Of a stretch of 64,000 bases of DNA, positions 62,029 to 64,000 are shown in pieces. The translations under genes and the position numbers were made by a program. The stretch lies in NCBI GenBank assembly GCA_964016885.1, contig OZ024740.1, forward strand, positions 340,256,001-340,320,000, read 5' to 3'. The stretch's first letter is position 1; each line of letters begins with the position of its first letter. The notes beneath the pieces were generated by a model, which was not told the origin of the DNA, did not search any database, and saw only the letters and a list, made by a program, of their open reading frames with translations. The stretch comes from Eledone cirrhosa (Eukaryota).

Positions 62029-63137
62029 CAAGATAAAATGCACCCAGTATACTCTGTAAAGTGATAGCGCTGATATAATGATAAAACACATCTAGTCCAC
62101 TCTGTAAAGTGGTAATACTGGTACCACAATAAACAGCACCTAGTACACTCTAAAGTGGTTGTTTTCAGAAGGGCATCCAGTTGTAGAAATTATGCTCAGC
62201 ATGGAACGTATGAGCAAGACATGGCCCCTCCAATCCATCTAGTCTCAAATCATGACATTTTGTACAACCCTTGCCAGCATAGAACGCAAATGAATTATGA
62301 TGATGATGATGGTGGTGGTGTTGGTGACGGTGTTGATAGCAATGGTGATGGTTAGCCTCCATGTTAGCTCTGATCAAAGGTATTCCAATCATAACAATCC
62401 CATTTATTTCATACACTGTATTCAAGACTTGCTACATAAGACACTCTTCCTACAATAATAATAATCCAAGACTACATTATCTCGTATTAGTTTTCTTATT
62501 TAAAAATGGTAGGGTGCATTTTGAAGGAGATCCAGCTGCTAATTCTAATAGGCAAAACAACCAAGTAGATTCCCCCTCATTTGCCTGTCAACCAAATGAT
62601 ATACTATTCTGAGTGATGAAATTACAGCTTTTTGGGAGCATTTCACTAAAGTAGTAAATGCAACTAACTATTTAATGAAAACCCTAGGACAAGGATGGCA
62701 ATCATTTTTGAGAGCATGTACCCATATTCATAATAATCTTCTACAAAAATTTCCTTGCATGTTTATAGGAATTTTTGAATGGCAAATTTTAATTTTGATT
62801 AGATTTACAATAATAACAACAGCAAGCATGTTATCTCTTTTCATACTACCAACCTGCTTGAAACCACCCCTGGTTCTATGATACAATGCTATTTATATTT
62901 ATCTAAAATCTTTCCATAAGAACTTTTGCTATGCTCTAATCACTAGCTTGATAAAGAAAAAGTTATATTACTAAATCACTCCAAATTCTTGATTATTTTC
63001 AAAATTATTTAAAAATCACAGATAGCACTTGTTATTAAAAATATGGTAATGAAAAAGTTCTCATTATTTGTCCTGCTAAAGCAGTGGTTAGCATTGTGGG
63101 CCCTAAGGTGGACTTCATACACATCTTGTAATCCATT

Positions 63138-63344
63138 TTAACCCTTTAGCATTTACATTACTCTATATTTACTATTGTATTTTCACATGATTATCTCACA
63201 TGATATCGCATTTGAGATTTTGATATTTATTTTGGACCTGATCGCATCTGAGATCAGTCTGAGTGGCTGGTTATAACCAGTTAAAACAAAAACAGGTGAG
63301 AAAATGCTGGCCGGATACGGCCGGTTTAAATGCTAAAGGGTTAA
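63138..63344. mobile_element. piggyBac-type TTAA MITE
   Basis: Perfect TTAA-CCCTTTAGCATTTA TIRs at both ends. Confidence 0.9.
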
Positions 63345-63513
63345 GGCAATATTTTACAACCAGATGCCTTTCCTGGTGCCAACAATTCTAGTTACCTTAC
63401 AACACACAGAAATATGGTGTACTTATTCTAAACTGGGTACACACAACACAGTTTTTATTTTTATTTGACAAAACATTGTATAGGGAAAGAAAACAAAATG
63501 TTTGAACTTATTC

Positions 63514-63914
63514 TTAACCCTTTTGACACCAATCTGTCCAGAACTACTTTTGCTGCTATGGAACAATTTAAATGGTCTGAATTACCATATATAAATATAA
63601 GCCAAGGAATATTTGACCAAAAACTTAATGGTAGAAAGGGGTCAGCTTATATTCTGAGTCAATATTTTGACGATTTTCACCAACTTCAAATTCTACATAA
63701 ATAAGGTTTGGATTTTTGCCCATTTTTCAGATATAAAATAGTGGGGTCAGCTTATATTTGAGTATATACGGTAAATTATAACTTTCCGGCATAAACTTTT
63801 TATTATATTAGAAATACATCTTAATTGAAATCATTTTAAGAAAACACTCCAAATTCATCAATATTTAAATCAAATACAGTATATTTTAATAGAAATATGG
63901 TATTGAAAGGGTTA
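63514..63914. mobile_element. Second TTAA-ended MITE family (ttaacccttttga...aaagggttaa) carrying a pogo/Tc2-type MITE at ~63583-63773; relatives at ~14850-15035, 19180-19346, 33075-33300, 37730-38140, 53953-54220, 62820-63060
   Basis: Outer TTAA ends; the inner element ends gcttatatttgagtatatacggta (CCGTATATACT-type TIR, TA flanks). Confidence 0.65.
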
Positions 63915-64000
63915 AAGAAGTTTGCCTCGAGTCTTTGATGACATAATGTTAGTAATAGACAATACCAGTTATACACATACTGCTGTATTGACAAGATGAT

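Overview
AT-rich, repeat-dense eukaryotic (animal) DNA. The repeat families look octopus/cephalopod-like, which is an inference from (ATG)n-tailed RTE LINEs and Nin-domain tRNA SINEs. The only host gene I can support is a spliced P4-type ATPase (phospholipid flippase, ATP9A/ATP9B/Neo1 class) on the minus strand. Seventeen GT-AG exons from 29314 down to 159 join in frame, with DGET, PISL, DKTGT and TGD motifs, and the gene continues past the left edge. A candidate ATG exon at 46042-46079 joins in phase. The rest is mostly transposons: a 5'-truncated RTE LINE with an unbroken ~945-codon frame, other RTE copies (one nested head-to-head in another), SINEs, a mariner, a Charlie-type hAT with TSD, a Helitron, a CRE-type fragment, a solo LTR, TTAA MITEs, and mini- and microsatellites. 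The most unusual items are two near-perfect palindromes in (TA)n tracts with similar architecture, a nested RTE pair truncated at the same codon, a PHD-like finger inside the RTE reverse transcriptase, and many inverted repeats in the ATP9 pre-mRNA. I found no prokaryotic systems such as CRISPR. Exon boundaries were read base by base; most repeat boundaries are approximate.
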